From: Amoebophrya sp. A120
Lineage: Eukaryota > Protista > Dinoflagellata
Assembly: GCA_905178155.1 (NCBI GenBank)
Contig: CAJINV010000005.1
Location: 2,668,054 to 2,732,053, forward strand
Length of the DNA: 64,000 nucleotides
Reading direction: 5' to 3'
Shown: piece after piece, positions 1 to 13,700 of the stretch
Layout of the letters: every line of letters starts with the position of its first letter
Position numbering within the stretch: position 1 is the stretch's first letter
Translations under genes and position numbers: made by a program
Notes under the pieces: generated by a model
The model's input: only the letters and a program-made list of their open reading frames with translations
What the model was told of the DNA's origin: nothing
The model's database searches: none

Positions 1-2588
1 TGTTGCTGTTTTCCTTTTCGGTTTCGCTTCATGTTCTTGCTTCACTTTACACTTCGACAGACGTAGCCTGCAGAAGAGTAAGAAAAACTAAAACAAAGAA
101 ATCGAAGAAGAGAACAAGTAAGATGTTTCCGTCTGAGCTTGCACTTATCTGGAGCTACATTTGGGTTTCGCTTCTTTAGTTCGACGTGCATCAAAATTTC
201 TACAATTTCAGAAGTCTCCGCGTCGTGATCAAAACGCCTGCGAGCGCATCCTTTAGCTTGTGCGCTGTGCTGTCTGTAGTGGCCAGAAAGTAGAAGATCG
301 CACTCCCTGCCACTACTGCTACTAATGTTTTTCTTCTTGTTTTTGGCAAAAACGAAATCGAAACTTGCCGGCACTGTTTCTTACTTCAGGATAGTAGTTT
401 GCTCGTGTTTTATGTCGGTCGTCCTGGTCGCGCAATGTTGCAAATCCGCCGGAGCTGCAGCGTTGTTGGACCTAGGCCAATTGTGATTATTTCTACCTCC
501 ACACGTATAATAACAAGCTCAAGTAGAAGTGCCAGAAATCGAAGCTGTTTTCTTTTTTCTTTCGACTGGAAGATAGCAAGAAAGTAATTTCCGCCACAAC
601 CGAAAGCAGAGCTTGTTTGCCTTCGAGTGGAAGCACGTATCTCTTCCGTAGAATAAAAGAACTCAGCTTCGAATCACTTCATGGTTGTTGTGTCGCGCGT
701 ATCTGCAGCTACTTCCTTCCGGTCGTATTGCAGTGCCGCGATTTTACGTATCTCTGCACAGTTAGCTGCCTGCTTGAATGTAGCAGCGAAAATTTCGATC
801 TCTACACATAGACTACCCAGCTTTAAAATTAAAAATAGCGTTGAAATTATCACATTCTTTTTTCGGCCAACGCGAAGTTGTCGCTTGCCCCCATCTAATC
901 ATGCGGCATTGCTGCGTCTCCGTTTCTGAGCCAGCATAAACATCAACATTTCGCTGACTGGCATCAAGGTCTCACCTGTCCGGTGCGGTCCTTTTTGCAC
1001 TTTCGGCAGCAACGTTTCGTTACCTAGTCCTGCTTGTATGTTGCTCGCATGCTACGCGGCATCCGCATTCCAAGAAACAGAGCCAGCACTTGAGCTACAG
1101 TGTGAACATCTGCCCCCGTTGAAATGAATTCGGGCGCATTGGCAGTGCTAACTCTAAGACGCGAGCAAATACAGCGTTTCTACAGTGACTATGCTTCTAC
1201 TTCATGCGTGATCCGATTTTGATTTTCATAATCGCTTCGCTTGAGTACATGCGTTAGCGCCAGTAGTCGCGGCAGTGTGGGAGATATTGCGCGCTGGTCT
1301 CCACCTGGATCGCGATCCATGGTGAGGCCGTCACGTTGCGTTGATGTCGCAATCTCACCGAAGTGCAGTAGGATAAGGTGACGCTAACAATTATACTAGC
1401 ACTACCCTAGACGTTGACGCTTTCGACTATCAAAGAATAACAAATGCTCCCCCGCGTTTTAGATACCACTCTGACACTTGTGTGCCACGCTGCGAGTGGT
1501 GTTGATGAATGGAAGCTGAGTCTGAAACTGATTTCGAATTGCACTACCCGAGCAAACGTTTCTTATTGCACAGAATGCGCGAGCGTCTGTGTCTGTAAAA
1601 ATGCATCTCCTTGTGAATCAAAATCAAAAACAGAAAACAGCTGCTCGCTGCGAACGAGGCAGCAGACTGAATAGAATGCGTTAAGGGTGGCGGTCGCCCC
1701 CCTAAGATGTTCCAACTCGGGCGCATCTCCCTGCGTTGTCCTTGAGCCACATATCGTGAGCCTCAGCTTCACGCTCGCAGAGAAAGGCAAGCGCAAAAGT
1801 GAAGCAGAGTGATCGATTAGTGTGAGCGCTCTGAGGGAGTTGGGCGCTTCTTGCACTTGAGGGCTCCAAGGCTTTTGTGTTTTAGTATTTATGATTGTGC
1901 TTTTCATTTTCGTTTGCCTTTTTGTGGATATGAGTATGTGTACGACTATGAGGGTGAGGCGCGTTTTAGTTCCAGTGGGATTTACTTTTGGCTTTTGGAC
2001 TGTGCGCGTGCTTCCCACCAACGAGTCTGATCCCCGCACGACCACAAAGACAAAACTAAAAGCAAAAGACGGGAGTGCTCTACATCTAGATCTAGAACTA
2101 AAGCCGAGTCGTAGTGTAAAGATAAAAAGCAGAATCTGCACCAAGATGGCTGAGAATGACTGAGATGCATCAGTCCCGTTTTGCGAGCCGCAGCATCCAG
2201 GTGAGAGGGAAGGACCGCGAGACCAAGCACTACTTCGGGGAGCCGCTCGGCAGCATGGTGCTGCAATACACTTGTGGGAATCGCCGGACATTGTTGCGTC
2301 GCTTATTCTCGCCTTGGTCTTATTCTTAACGTAAGCTAAAGCTTCCACTTCGTGGTGGTTTAGGATTAGGCTTCAAAGTGAAAACTCAGAGAGGAAGTCA
2401 TGTGCCAACTCAAAACGAATGCGAAAGCTGAGACACAAGCTCGCTGTACTCTAGACATGGACTTCGCTCAAGAGTTAGACTTGCGACACAACTGCGTCTG
2501 TGATTCAGCATCAACAACAACGACAGCGCAGTCGCATTCGCTTTCAGTTTCACACCAAATAAGACGAGAATAAGCGCGATGGCAATGA

Positions 2589-3149
2589 ATGCCCGGCGTT
2601 TTTGTTTCTGATACACTGTCCCGGCATGGTCTGTCGTACTACACGAAGGTCGCGACTCCTTTCTCTTCTCGGCCAAACCGGTACAAGGGCGAGGACTACA
2701 CCACCTGGACTCTGCGCGACGGCGACACTCACTGGGAGAGTTTCCGCATCTTGCCCGCCCCCAACGAGAAGTGCTTTAGCATCGAGCGCGTGACGCGGGT
2801 ATAGCAGTAATTTCAGTTTTTGTTTTTCTTATTCTTTTTCGCTTCTTTTTTTAACTGCGTCCTTTTCTATTTCTTTATCATTAACATTAGCATTTGCATC
2901 ATCTCTAAGGGCCTTCCCCTTCGCCTTAATCGGAACAACGGCAGCACAGATGAAAAAGAAAACCACGCAGCATTGTGCCTGTTCCTGTTGCTGTGTCTTG
3001 GCGAAGACGCAAACTGATTGCAATTCTAAAACCAAACCCCATTGACACAGATCCCCAAGGAAGAGTGGGAGGGCACCGCGGATGGATTGATTACGCCGTG
3101 GGCCACGAACCCGGAGAAGAAGAGAAAAAAGGTAGCCGGAGTGTTCTAG
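2589..3149 (+). CDS. Small hypothetical protein (~102 aa), 2 exons (2589-2798, 3051-3149)
   Basis: ATG at 2589. A phase-0 intron GTATAG..ACACAG (2799-3050) joins ...SIERVTR to IPKEEWEGTADGLITPWATNPEKKRKKVAGVF*. Exons are GC-richer than flanks. No recognisable homology. Confidence 0.55.
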
Positions 3150-3577
3150 TCCGACGAATCAAACACGGACCAGTCTTCTCTGTCGCGGCTCTGTCGCGCG
3201 TCGACTGGTGAAAAAGAAAACGGATGTGGCGAAGAGGGCGTTGCGACTGATGAAGAAATAAAAACAGCCACAGACACGAGCCTGATGTAGATGAGGAGCA
3301 AGACAAACACAGAGTTTGAAACTTCAAAGATAGGCGGCTTTACTTGATTAGGCTTTCCGCTTTGACAACCTAGATGATGCCATGCGATCAAAGAATGAAA
3401 AGCAACAGACGTCCTATCCGGATCAAAGATCAAAAAAAGAAGATGGGCAGAGCCACAAAGTCAAAGCCAGAATGTAAATGGGCATGATGATGAAGAAGGT
3501 GTCCGTAACCACATAGATCAACGCCACGCAGTGCCTGCTCCTGCTGCAGATGCAGTGCAATTTGAATTCCATTTCCG

Positions 3578-4817
3578 TCAGGCGGACACCTGCCGCCGGA
3601 TTTTTCCGCTTAAATCAGGCTAAAGAATTGCTAAAAGCAAAAGACTAGGCCCCCGGCGGCGTTTCGCCAGTGCGCGCGCCGGGCCCTTGTTTTGTCCAAT
3701 GCCTTGCGCCGTGGCCGCGCAGGCATTGGGCCGGCCACCTAGCACCCCCCGGGCTTTGTTTGCCCTCCCTCTTTCAGTTTTGCTCGTCGGTGGCGCTTGG
3801 GTTCTCCCTGTGGAGTTTCTGCTTTCTCATGGCTTGGCCGGGGCGTCGCCAAAGCAGTCCCGTTCCATCCGTTGGGGCCGCCGCTACGTCCGTTTCATGG
3901 TGGATCGCCAGCTGCGGCATTTGCCAGCCGCCCGGAGCAAGGAAAGTGCTCCAAGCAGAACAACGCCTGGGTGCGGCCCGGGGCGACCTTCTTTGGCGGT
4001 GGAGACGTCGTCTGGGGTGAAGGTGTTTGTTGTTCTGCTCGGGTTGTTTTCTTGCTTCGGACGGCAAGGTTGCGGCCCCTCCGGAAAGGGCCGGAGTTGG
4101 GTCCGGAGTTGGTAGTTTTCGGCACTGCTAAAATCGGGATTTGGACTGCTAAAGCGATTGCTAATTTGAATGCTAAAATGCCTGACCCTTGAAAATCGGA
4201 ACGATTTTCAAGTTTTGGCATTTTAGCACAAAATTAGCAATTTTTTAGCAGACACTTTAGCACGGATTTTAGCAGACGAAAACTACCGCGGCGGGATGTG
4301 GTTCCAGGGGATTTAGCAGTGAATTAGCACTGAATTAGCAGACTTTTAGCAGAATTTTAGCAGACCGGCCGCCCCCCCAACATCTTGCGAAACGGGGGGA
4401 ATCGTTGGTGTTGGGGGGCCGTTCGCAGGATCGGGTGTTCGGGAAGGTTCTGTGGGGAGAACCGCTGCTCAAGTCTGACTGGTCATTCGGGGTGCGAATG
4501 GCTGCCGCGCAAGTCCGCCGTCGGGGAGGTGTTTCGCTTTCTCCCGCCCCAGCCCGTCGTCCTTCCGCCGGCCGGCGCGCTTGCGAGGCCCGCAGGGGGG
4601 CCGGCGCGCAAGCAGGTCTGACCGGGTTTTTCTGAAGGGGCGCCTGCCTTCGCCTCCTTCTTCCGCCTCGCCTGTCTTCGGGCCCGGGACAAGGCGGCCA
4701 TCTTCCCTTTTTTCCGGTTGTCGCGCGTGCTTCCCGTGTTGCTTTGGGGAAAAAATTTGTTTAGCACTTTTTCAGCAGCTTTTTAACGAAAAAGCCCGGC
4801 GCCCTTTGTCCGCCTGA
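3578..4817. mobile_element. Non-autonomous TIR DNA transposon (~1.24 kb)
   Basis: Perfect 11-bp termini TCAGGCGGACA/TGTCCGCCTGA extending as an imperfect ~65-bp inverted repeat. Flanked by TTTCCG at 3572-3577 and 4818-4823. Internal inverted array of TGCTAA/TTAGCA at ~4125-4362. No transposase ORF seen. Confidence 0.85.
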
Positions 4818-5310
4818 TTTCCGCGCGCGCGCTTAGAGTTAGATGCGTTCGCGTCCGCACCCGCAGTTCAACGCTCAGGCTCCACGTTGATGCTACACCT
4901 AGACCTAACGCGAAATGTCATCCCAATCTACAACCGGATCCCCTTCACATAACAAATGAATCAAAATTCAAATGGTCCCGGCGTTTTTGGCGGGGGATGC
5001 GAAAGCTTTTTTTACCAACTGCCGCCGTGTCTACGTCTCGCGGATCATAACTTTCATGCCCATTGATCAAAATGCTTCGCGATCATGGACCAGCTAACTC
5101 GTAGTCGCTAGATCCAAAGCAATCCATGCAAATGCTTCTTTTTTTTTTACGGGGGCGTGGGCATCCCATGTATTTCAACACCCACTGACTCGCATGCGTT
5201 CAATCAAAAAAATCGGGATTCGGAGATAGTATCTAGATTAGAAAACAAAGATTTGCAGTCGTTGAGCACAGCGGAGTCGGTGTTCCACCAAATTTGAAAT
5301 CGTTAATTAA

Positions 5311-6648
5311 TTGTTAAACCTAGCTATTTTTATCGCTAGCAAATTCGGAATTAAGCAACTCTGTCCGACCATAGAACATGTGTACAGAAAGTCAGAGGCT
5401 GATGAAACGACGAAAACTCCTATTACGCAGTTTAGTGTGCGACCATCAAGCAGCACTTATTCGGCGACGTCGAACAATATCCACGTATCCCCTTCTACGA
5501 AGTCCTCCTCCTCCCGCCGCCCTGCACAAGATAAAGACTCATCCTCTGGTGGCACTTCCACAGCTACTAGACCACTTTCACCGCAGCGAAAGCTCCAAAA
5601 TGAAGATCCCTCGTCAACATCATCCCCCTTTCCCTTTCCCGCCGAAAAAAACTTTCCCCGGTCTCTCCCCACGGTATTCGACAGTGCGAGCGGTCACGAC
5701 TTTGCACCAACCGCAGCCTTATCAAATGCAAAAATGTCTGGGTCTGGAAGGATGCAACTTGTGATGCATGTTGCGCATCATACAAAAATCTGTGTTGCGT
5801 GACTTGCAAAAGGTGCTCATTTCTGGCCATGCTGAGGGGGCATTTCTCATGCAGAACAGGCATCACAAAGGGGCTGCAGATCCTGTGATGCTAGGCCCTG
5901 CATTCCAGACTTGGTGGAGCTTGGACAAACTGCATGACAAATCTCGGAATCTTCCAGACCCAGACACTTTTCCATTTGATAAGCCTTTTCAGAAAGCGAA
6001 GTCTTCCGGGAAAAACGGCCACTGAACAATTCGGAGTTGCTCGCACACTTCCGGAGGAGGAAACGAAAACAGACCGCAGACAAGAGCAAACCCTCGCTTT
6101 CATCGCAAGAACGTAGTGCTCCAGGGATAGAACGACCACCTCGCCTGGAAGAAGATGCTTCTACTAGAACGGAGCTACAGGTGGAGCAGGAAACGACCGG
6201 CGCAAGAAGTACAACCTATCGCGATGTTGATGACCACACACCCACCGCTAGCACGAGTGCAACCACCGAGTCCTCCTTTTCCGAGCAGGAAGTGTGGCTC
6301 CCGGACGGCCTTCCCCTCTGCCTCTTCTTTCACCGGGCGGATTCCTGCCTCTTTGAGTATCAAAGTGTAACCTGGGAAGAGTTCTTCGAAAGCATGGAGT
6401 CCTGTTCCGGGATGAGCCTGTTTCCGCATTTGCCCCTCGTCCTGTTGCGGTTCGGCTACACAGAGGAGGTGAAGACGGGGGGTGGTCGCGAAGAAGATGG
6501 GCGTGTGCTGGTAAAGGCAGAGAGCAGCAACAGCCGGAACAGAAGAACGGAAGAAAGCGCTGATGTGACAGCTCGTTCCGCGGGGTACTTTGATTCTAAC
6601 AAGTGGATGAGGTACATGGTGGAGGTTCTGAACATAGCCTTGGCATGA
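5311..6648 (+). CDS. Hypothetical protein interrupted by an introner; true start uncertain
   Basis: Removing 5720-5981 plus one AGCCT copy fuses ORF 5311 (..FAPTAA) in frame with FSESEVFREKRPLNNSELLAHF.. of ORF 6037-6648. Confidence 0.5.
5720..5981. mobile_element. Introner family A (262 bp), exonic
   Basis: TATCAAATGCAAAAATGTCTGGGTCTGGAAG ... CTTCCAGACCCAGACACTTTTCCATTTGATA. 5-bp direct repeat AGCCT (5715-5719, 5982-5986). Confidence 0.9.
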
Positions 6649-7146
6649 AGCATAGAGCCTGTCATCTAGATGTTCAATGCAGAGCAGACACGACACGGTC
6701 GGCGTTCTCGGCGAGCTTGAGTGACGTTGCCTCATCTTGCTTTAAAAATACTCGAAGTCGAACCATGGTGGCGGCCTTGGTGGTCGTTGTAGCTGAGTAC
6801 TCTAGTACTGTTGCCAGCAGCTACATTGCTGTCTCGATGATCCGACTAGGAAAAGGTGTGCTGTCGAATTATTCCTAGTAATTGAAGCAGCAATCCCGGC
6901 AAAGAAGAACCGCTCTCGTAGTTGCTGCGCTGCATTTCACGGGCAGGAAGTGGAGTCTCTTTTTCTTCTTGTTAGATAGTGTATCAAATATCACATGGAC
7001 GTAGTTAAGCTCCTTCAATTATCCGCGTGCCCATCTTTATGTATGGTGTTCTTCTGCTCCAGAGCCCATTAGTGCATCAGTAGGACACACAAAGCTCTTT
7101 AGTACTAGTACACACTCACATCAAGAGAGAAAAGCTATGGTGGACG

Positions 7147-8645
7147 ATGCGACTCAGCAATGAGAAGGAGCTCGTCCTGAAAAGTTACATATGCGAGGTT
7201 GCTTTTGCATCAATTTTCCAAGAAGCTTCACGAAATTGCAACTTCCACCTACTGAGTAGCCACGTTGAGAGGATGAAGAAGAAGAAGCATAAATGTCGCC
7301 CAGCGGGGGGTGAATACCCCCAGCAAAAACTTTTCCACGAATCTTCAAAACTATGTGTCGCTTCTTCGAAAACTGATCAACAAAATCGTAATCGATCTGA
7401 ATTATCTCCGTTGCAGAAGGGTCCGCTTGTTGTCGACCATCTTCATCGCGCCCCTGTGCCGCCCGCGACGGTGCTCATGGCGTCTCGCACGGCGGGTAAG
7501 GAATGCTGTAGTGTGGCTGCAGAAGAGGAACCAGAAATGCAGGGAGCACAGACAGATGATGTATGCGAAGTTGTTGTAGATGCTGCAACAGCTGCTGCAA
7601 CCACAACTCGTGCGCGCCTTGCAGATGCAAAGGAGTCGGGACAGGAGACGCGGTGCGATGCGCAAGCTGACCAAAAAATGCGGAAGCGGAACCTGGAACA
7701 AAAGCGATATTTTCTCTGTAGCGGCACTGTCAGGCTCCGTGCTGCAAAAGTAAAGAAAAAAGATATCTATCCAAAGCATTTTGTTCCACTTACCCATGAA
7801 TTTCTATTGTCCTCGCACGCAATCGCAAGTGCAACAACATGTCGCACGCCGCGCATAATCACAATCATTTCTGAATAAATGGCGCCAGCTTGTTCCTCTA
7901 AAATGCATTTTACTTGCATATGGACATCATCACGGCAGAAGTAGATGATGAAGGTGTTGTTACATGTGATGATGGTAATATAATTCATTTTCAGGCGGAG
8001 GTCAAGCGCAGCAAGACCGGTATCCTATCACCAGTGGTCTTTTTCCAGGACCTGTACCGACGCATCTTCCCATCAGGACAAGGGATTTTGAATAGAACTA
8101 GATTCTGTCCTGTCCGATTTTTACGTCGCCGCGAACAAGCTGAAGCTGGCACAAGCCACACTCTTGCAGGACGAGTGGGCCAAGAAGGTCATGCTCATGA
8201 CCTGATGGTGGAGCTGGTGCCACAACACGACGCGAGTACTACAACCACGACACGCGACGCACCCAGTCCGTCTCGTCGTACAACTTGCTGTACGCGTGAT
8301 CGCCGCGAGGAGCCCGAGGTGGGAAAAAGCGTACCAGTGGACTCCAAGAAGGTGCGTTCTATCATCAAGGACACGATGTTGAAGAAGAGAATCAAGAATA
8401 AGAAACAGCAAAACGGCAACTCCGCGGCGGCAGCGGCGAACACTGCTACCACGGCTTTCACGCTGCTCCTCGAGAGTGTCTGTGCCGTGTTTCGCCGCGT
8501 GATCTGGAAACCATCCGTGGCTGTGGTGATGTACTTATCCTTGCAGGTGCGAACGTCACAACCCCACCATCTGGTTGTATCCTGTGTGGAATCTTCGCCA
8601 TCAGCAGCTGCATCTGCATGCGATCACTTTGCAGTGTGCGAATAG
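7147..8645 (+). CDS. Hypothetical protein, at least 2 exons; start uncertain
   Basis: ORFs 7147 and 7914 join in frame through GTAAAG..TTTCAG intron 7750-7994 (..LRAAK|AEVKRSK..). No recognisable domain. Confidence 0.3.
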
Positions 8646-10726
8646 AAACATCAAGAGCGATCCTATTGATCTTGACCGACTTATTTGCAGAGATATTTCA
8701 TGGGGAAGTAAACATGTAATTGCATGCACCAGTACAAATTGCCTCAGGAGATCAGCTTGCTGAGGATCGTGTTACACATGATATCATAGTCATACGACCT
8801 TCTGGCTCTTTGTAGGCTCCTTAACCGAGGAGCAGTTCCTACCCGGCTCGCTCGCTTACCGACGCAGCATATCCGAGATGCTACGAGCCTCACGAAGCGA
8901 GGGCAGTAGTGCCATGCGACAAGAGGGGTCTGTACTTATGCGGGGGATCGCTTTCACTGGCGCGCAGGCGCACCTCTTCACCACAGGAACAAAGTCACCG
9001 CCTGCAAGGCTAGTCATGCTCCTAATGCTGTAAATTCAGGAATGCAAAAGGCGAAAACGCATCGAGACATAACGCATGATGTCCTGTTTCTGTTGTTATG
9101 CCTCTTCGTGAGTTTCCGCGTTCGGATCCGATTTGAAAAAAAAGCTTCACAGCTGCAGGTGCGACCTGTCATCTGTACTTATGTGCGCGGGTACTTCGTA
9201 AATCGTTTTGCACCGAACAGGCAGTACTAGAACAAGATAATTAGAAAATATTAGAGGCATTCATAATTATATATGTGCAGTTTAACGAGCAACGAAGACT
9301 CTTGTGTAATTTTCGAAGAGTATTTGCGTCTACCTCTACCCTTTGTAAGTGGAAACCTGTTTCTCGCTACTTCTGCCTTGCTACTCAAAACCGCGCGGTG
9401 GTCATCTACTTCGTGACCTGTTCCCATAATGGTCGGTGCGGTTGACTTTTCCTTGGCGCGCCGGTGGTTTCTTTTCGCCCTCGATGCTGCAGCTAGATCC
9501 CGATGGGGCTGTGAAAAAGTCGCGAGAGTTATTTCATACATCATGCGTTTTCTTTTATAACCACTGGGCTTCGGCGGGCTGCTCAATTTGTATTGCGGAA
9601 AATGCCACAAACCACAATCAACTATTTCTATCATAAAAAAATGCTGTGAAAAAATGCAGATTGAGTTTATGTACAAAAATGCATCCTCGTCCATAAATCC
9701 TGGCTTAGCTGCCTCGACGACGCTGTAGCCAGGCATTTATATCTCTAAGCCGCAGCAAAGCCATGCGCATGATGATGAAGTAGTTTGTAGTGTATCCACA
9801 CGCGGCTGAGCAGCGATGAGGTGCAGTGCGTATGAAGTTTGTAGGTAGAAGTGGAGTTTCGTGTGTCCTCACCGATGACCAAAGCTCACGGTCACGAAAA
9901 GGTCAGCTCAGATGACTACTGACAAGTTCAAGCTGTATTGAAGATTCGAAGACGTATGTACGTGTTGGTCTGATCTTGGCAGTCTTGCATGATTTCACCG
10001 AGCACCCTGAGCGGCCGCTAGACGACTACACGAGCGCTCCCTTTACACTGAAGGTGCACCACCTTGAGCACCTCCATGAAGGTTGTCAGAAACTACGCAA
10101 ATTGAGCCCGACACTCGTCCTGTAGCTATCCTTATCCAACCACGCATGATGTTGAAATGCTTGCAACTGGATCCAAGTGGGAGGAGGATTTTCGGAAGCT
10201 GTATGGTCTCATCAAGTGTCGAGTTTTCATGTGTTGCTGTTTTTGCAACAATTTGGCAGACAATTTGAATTTCTCACTTCACGTTCACCTGCATGACCCT
10301 TTCAAACAACGCGGCTGCTCTGCAATACAAATGGTCATAGGAAGTGTGCGTGTGTCTAGCCGCATTTCTCACATTCTTGACCTGAAATTCTATACTTGTG
10401 ATGGTTTTTCATGAACACGTAAGACAAAGATTGACATATTTATATAAAATTGAAATGCAAACTTAGAAATATAAAAATTTCCTGACGTTTATTCCCCTTT
10501 TCTTGCAGCAGAGTCACACAGACGCACGAACAGAAAGCGTATTTTTTTCCTTTACGCGCCGCATTGAAACGTCAGCCTGAGGAGCTACAATTGGTAACGT
10601 AACACTTGAGGAGGCCATAGAGTCGAGCCGTACATGATCAAATCAAAGGAGGGCCAACATCTGGTGGGCGAAAAGCAAACTACCCCCGCCGCGGCGCGGA
10701 CCACGGGTACGCTGGAAGGACACACG

Positions 10727-13700
10727 ATGGCGGACGAGATGAACGCGAATGGGAAAACGACAAACCAGAAGACTGCCCGGGGCCGCAAAAGCGGTCAGGA
10801 TGCGCGCGGCGGAGGTGGCACCACCAACACTCCCGTGGCTGGTTCACCCCGTCGTGGCTCGAGAACAAGTTCTTCTACTAGCTCTACTGCCTCAAAAGTG
10901 CAGCTGGAGCGCTCCTCGTTGGAAGAAACGACGGATGAAACATCTGCCATTCAGATGAAACCCACTATCACCTCCGACGCCGCCTTGGGTGAGACGTCGC
11001 AGAAACCCAGAACTACGACGGGCTCTACAGCGGACAGCAAGGGAGCGGCGAGTGGCGAAACCGAAAACGGCGTTGAGAAAAAATATGAAATGCGAGAAAG
11101 AAACGAGAACAGCGAGCAATGTCATCCTTTTGCTTTTTTACTCCTTTGCATGTTTTTTCCAAAGTAGATCTGTCTCTTTTGTGATGACGAGAAAAAGTAG
11201 AACAATCTAGAACATCAAACATTCGCGCACGCCGGAACAGCACATTTGGGAGCGGTGCTCTCTTGGTTTTGCGTTTGCCGTCTTGGTATGACATGGAAAA
11301 TAAGTAACCAAGAAGACCAATTGACACTGTAATTCCCGCCCCTGGAGGGAAGGGAAGTCGTGATAAGGGCCTGGCGCCCAGATGCGCTACCTACCTGAGG
11401 TAGACGCGTCAAGTCTCGCAAACTAAGCGGCAGCACGCCGCTGCTCCTGGTGAGTAATGTAGGGCGGCGCCCGCAGTCCAGCGCGCGCCCCCTCGACCCT
11501 GGTGGGCGTTCTCTTCTTGAGGACGAGCCCAGCTCTGGAAGCTGGTGCGCCCTGTACTATGCTCCTGGCGAGTGAGACGGCGGAGGGCCGTCCGCGTGCT
11601 TAACCTGAGCAGCACAGCGCCACACCGCGCCCGACCAGTCCGAGGCGGGCCCTTTAGTGTGTTGCCGCGTCGTGTGCAAGGAGGCCCGGCATGGCGTGCC
11701 CCTCCCGGCGGCCTTGTGCCGTATTGGTGGTTGGAGGCGCGCCGTCGTAAACCCTACTGCCCCACGTAGTGCGCAGCACGCAGCCGGCGGCACTTGCCGA
11801 AGATTGGCGAAAACGGTGGGGCCTGCGCTATTCTGGAAAGCCTCGGCTGGCACCTTACCCCCCTGGCGGGGCCGCAAGACCGTTCCCGGGAGGCGGCGCA
11901 AGAGGCGGCGGTGGCTCCGCCTGCGTGAGCCGCCACCGCCACAGCTTGCGCCCTACATTCTCCCCGTCCGGCAATTGCCGGATGTCCGTGGAGCCGCTCT
12001 GGAAGCGCACCTCCCTACGCACGTAGTGCAATTATTCTGTGTTAGTGCGCCCGGTGTGCACCCTCTGAATAATGCTGCTATAAGGAGCGAGTGCTCGAAG
12101 CAGGGCAGCACAGCGCGCCCATTTCCCTTCATGCGCGTTGCTCTCCTTCTGCTTCCACGACTTGAGGCCGTGTGTCGCGTTGAAGGGTTTTCGCACGTCC
12201 TGCTCCCACAGCCGTGTTGTCAGACGGATCATCGCAAGTATAGCCTGGTCAAAGAGCGAGCACCGCTTCTGTTTGAAACAAGAGCGGGTCAAATACAATA
12301 CAATACAATTGACACTGTAATTTACCTTTGGTAGTCGCTCGCAACTTCACGGCTCTTTATAATTTCCGTTTGCGTACACAATGAACAAGTTTGGAGTTGT
12401 CACAACTGGACACACGCACAGTTGACAGCTTGTGTAGTGTAGTTTTGTCCTTTCTACTATCACCAAATCAAGCACAAAGTGCCACACCATGAAGAGCAGA
12501 GCGTGAGGTTGCTTCCCAGGTGATTGTCATGTCTACAGCTTCTGCCTGTGCAGTTCTACTTACAACGGGACGCACATTTCAAGGTTCGGAATCAAGAGCG
12601 TTAAGCGGCAAATTTGCATTTACAAAAATCGCGCACATCGAGAATCAGAACAGAGTAAATGAGCGCACATGTTTCTTTCTCGTACGAGGTACGTCCGTGC
12701 ATAGTTAGACTCAGAGCTCGACGACGAGCACGGGCGGCGACGGGCAGCTAACACCAGCCGCTGAAACCGAGATAACGGCGCGCAATGGTGGGGTTGGTTC
12801 CTCCTCCACCCTGGAAGACGGTAGCAGGAGCGCAACGGATGGTGTGACGACGGATGGAAAAATGGATCTTGGTCCCCTTGGTGCACTGCATGACGTTGGT
12901 GACGGTATCTCATCTACAACGGGACGCGCCTCATCTACCACAAACGCTGGAACAACTTCTCCGTCAGGCACTGGACCTGGCGGCGTGACGCTGGAACATG
13001 AAGATGGTGCTGGTGCGCGGACCGCAGAGTCACAGGATACTGCAGCTGCAGATCGCTCCGTGACCGGGGACCGTGACCAGCATATGACGGACGCCGGCGC
13101 AGCGGAGGGTGCAAGAAGTGAAAAAGTTACAGGGCAAGGAAAGTCGAAGTCGTCAGAACCTAAAGCTGCATCTGCGACTCCTACAGATTTGCCGCGGATG
13201 GAAGCGAAAGGAGAAGAACAGGATAATCAGCACCAAAGCAGGTCCACGACAGAAAGCAGGAGTGCGTCGGGGGATAGTGGGCACGTAGCTCCTGCAGACA
13301 GCACCTCGTCTCACAGCACCGAAGAAGTAGCTGGCGCAGCATCTGAAAGAGGAGGTGGAGAGGCGAAGCTGGTGAGGCCGAGCCGGGGCTACTCGGCTGG
13401 TGGCGTTTCTACTTCCGCAACTGGTCGCGCGGCACCACCAGCGGTCGTAGATCCGAAAACGAAGAAAGTTAAATTCCCTGATCAAGATGCGGACCAAAGT
13501 GGTGGAGCTCCTTTGCAGGCAACTCCTGAAGAGCGCGAGCAACGCGAGCAGTTCGAGGCGGACGGAGGCTTGAGTTTCCTTTCCGAGGAGGATGTAGACG
13601 AAGCGTCGCTGCGTCGACCTTCTACGTCTACGTCTGCAGCTGCTTCCGTAACCTCCTCTACTCCAAGAAAGACCTCGCACGGGTATCACCAGGTGGAGCA

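Noticed and set aside
42-2348. Minus-strand ORFs including 1563-2348 (261 aa)
   Set aside because: No domain or splice structure recognised, non-ATG starts, and opposite to all supported genes.
2460-2475. GCTCAAG resembling the 3' end of the dinoflagellate spliced leader
   Set aside because: Only 7 nt match. The upstream CCATTTTG part is absent.
3670-4817. ORFs inside the TIR element as a transposase
   Set aside because: Short GC-driven ORFs with no DDE or DNA-binding motif.
8700-10400. Coding-like fragments (possible pseudogene)
   Set aside because: No sustained frame or recognisable motif.
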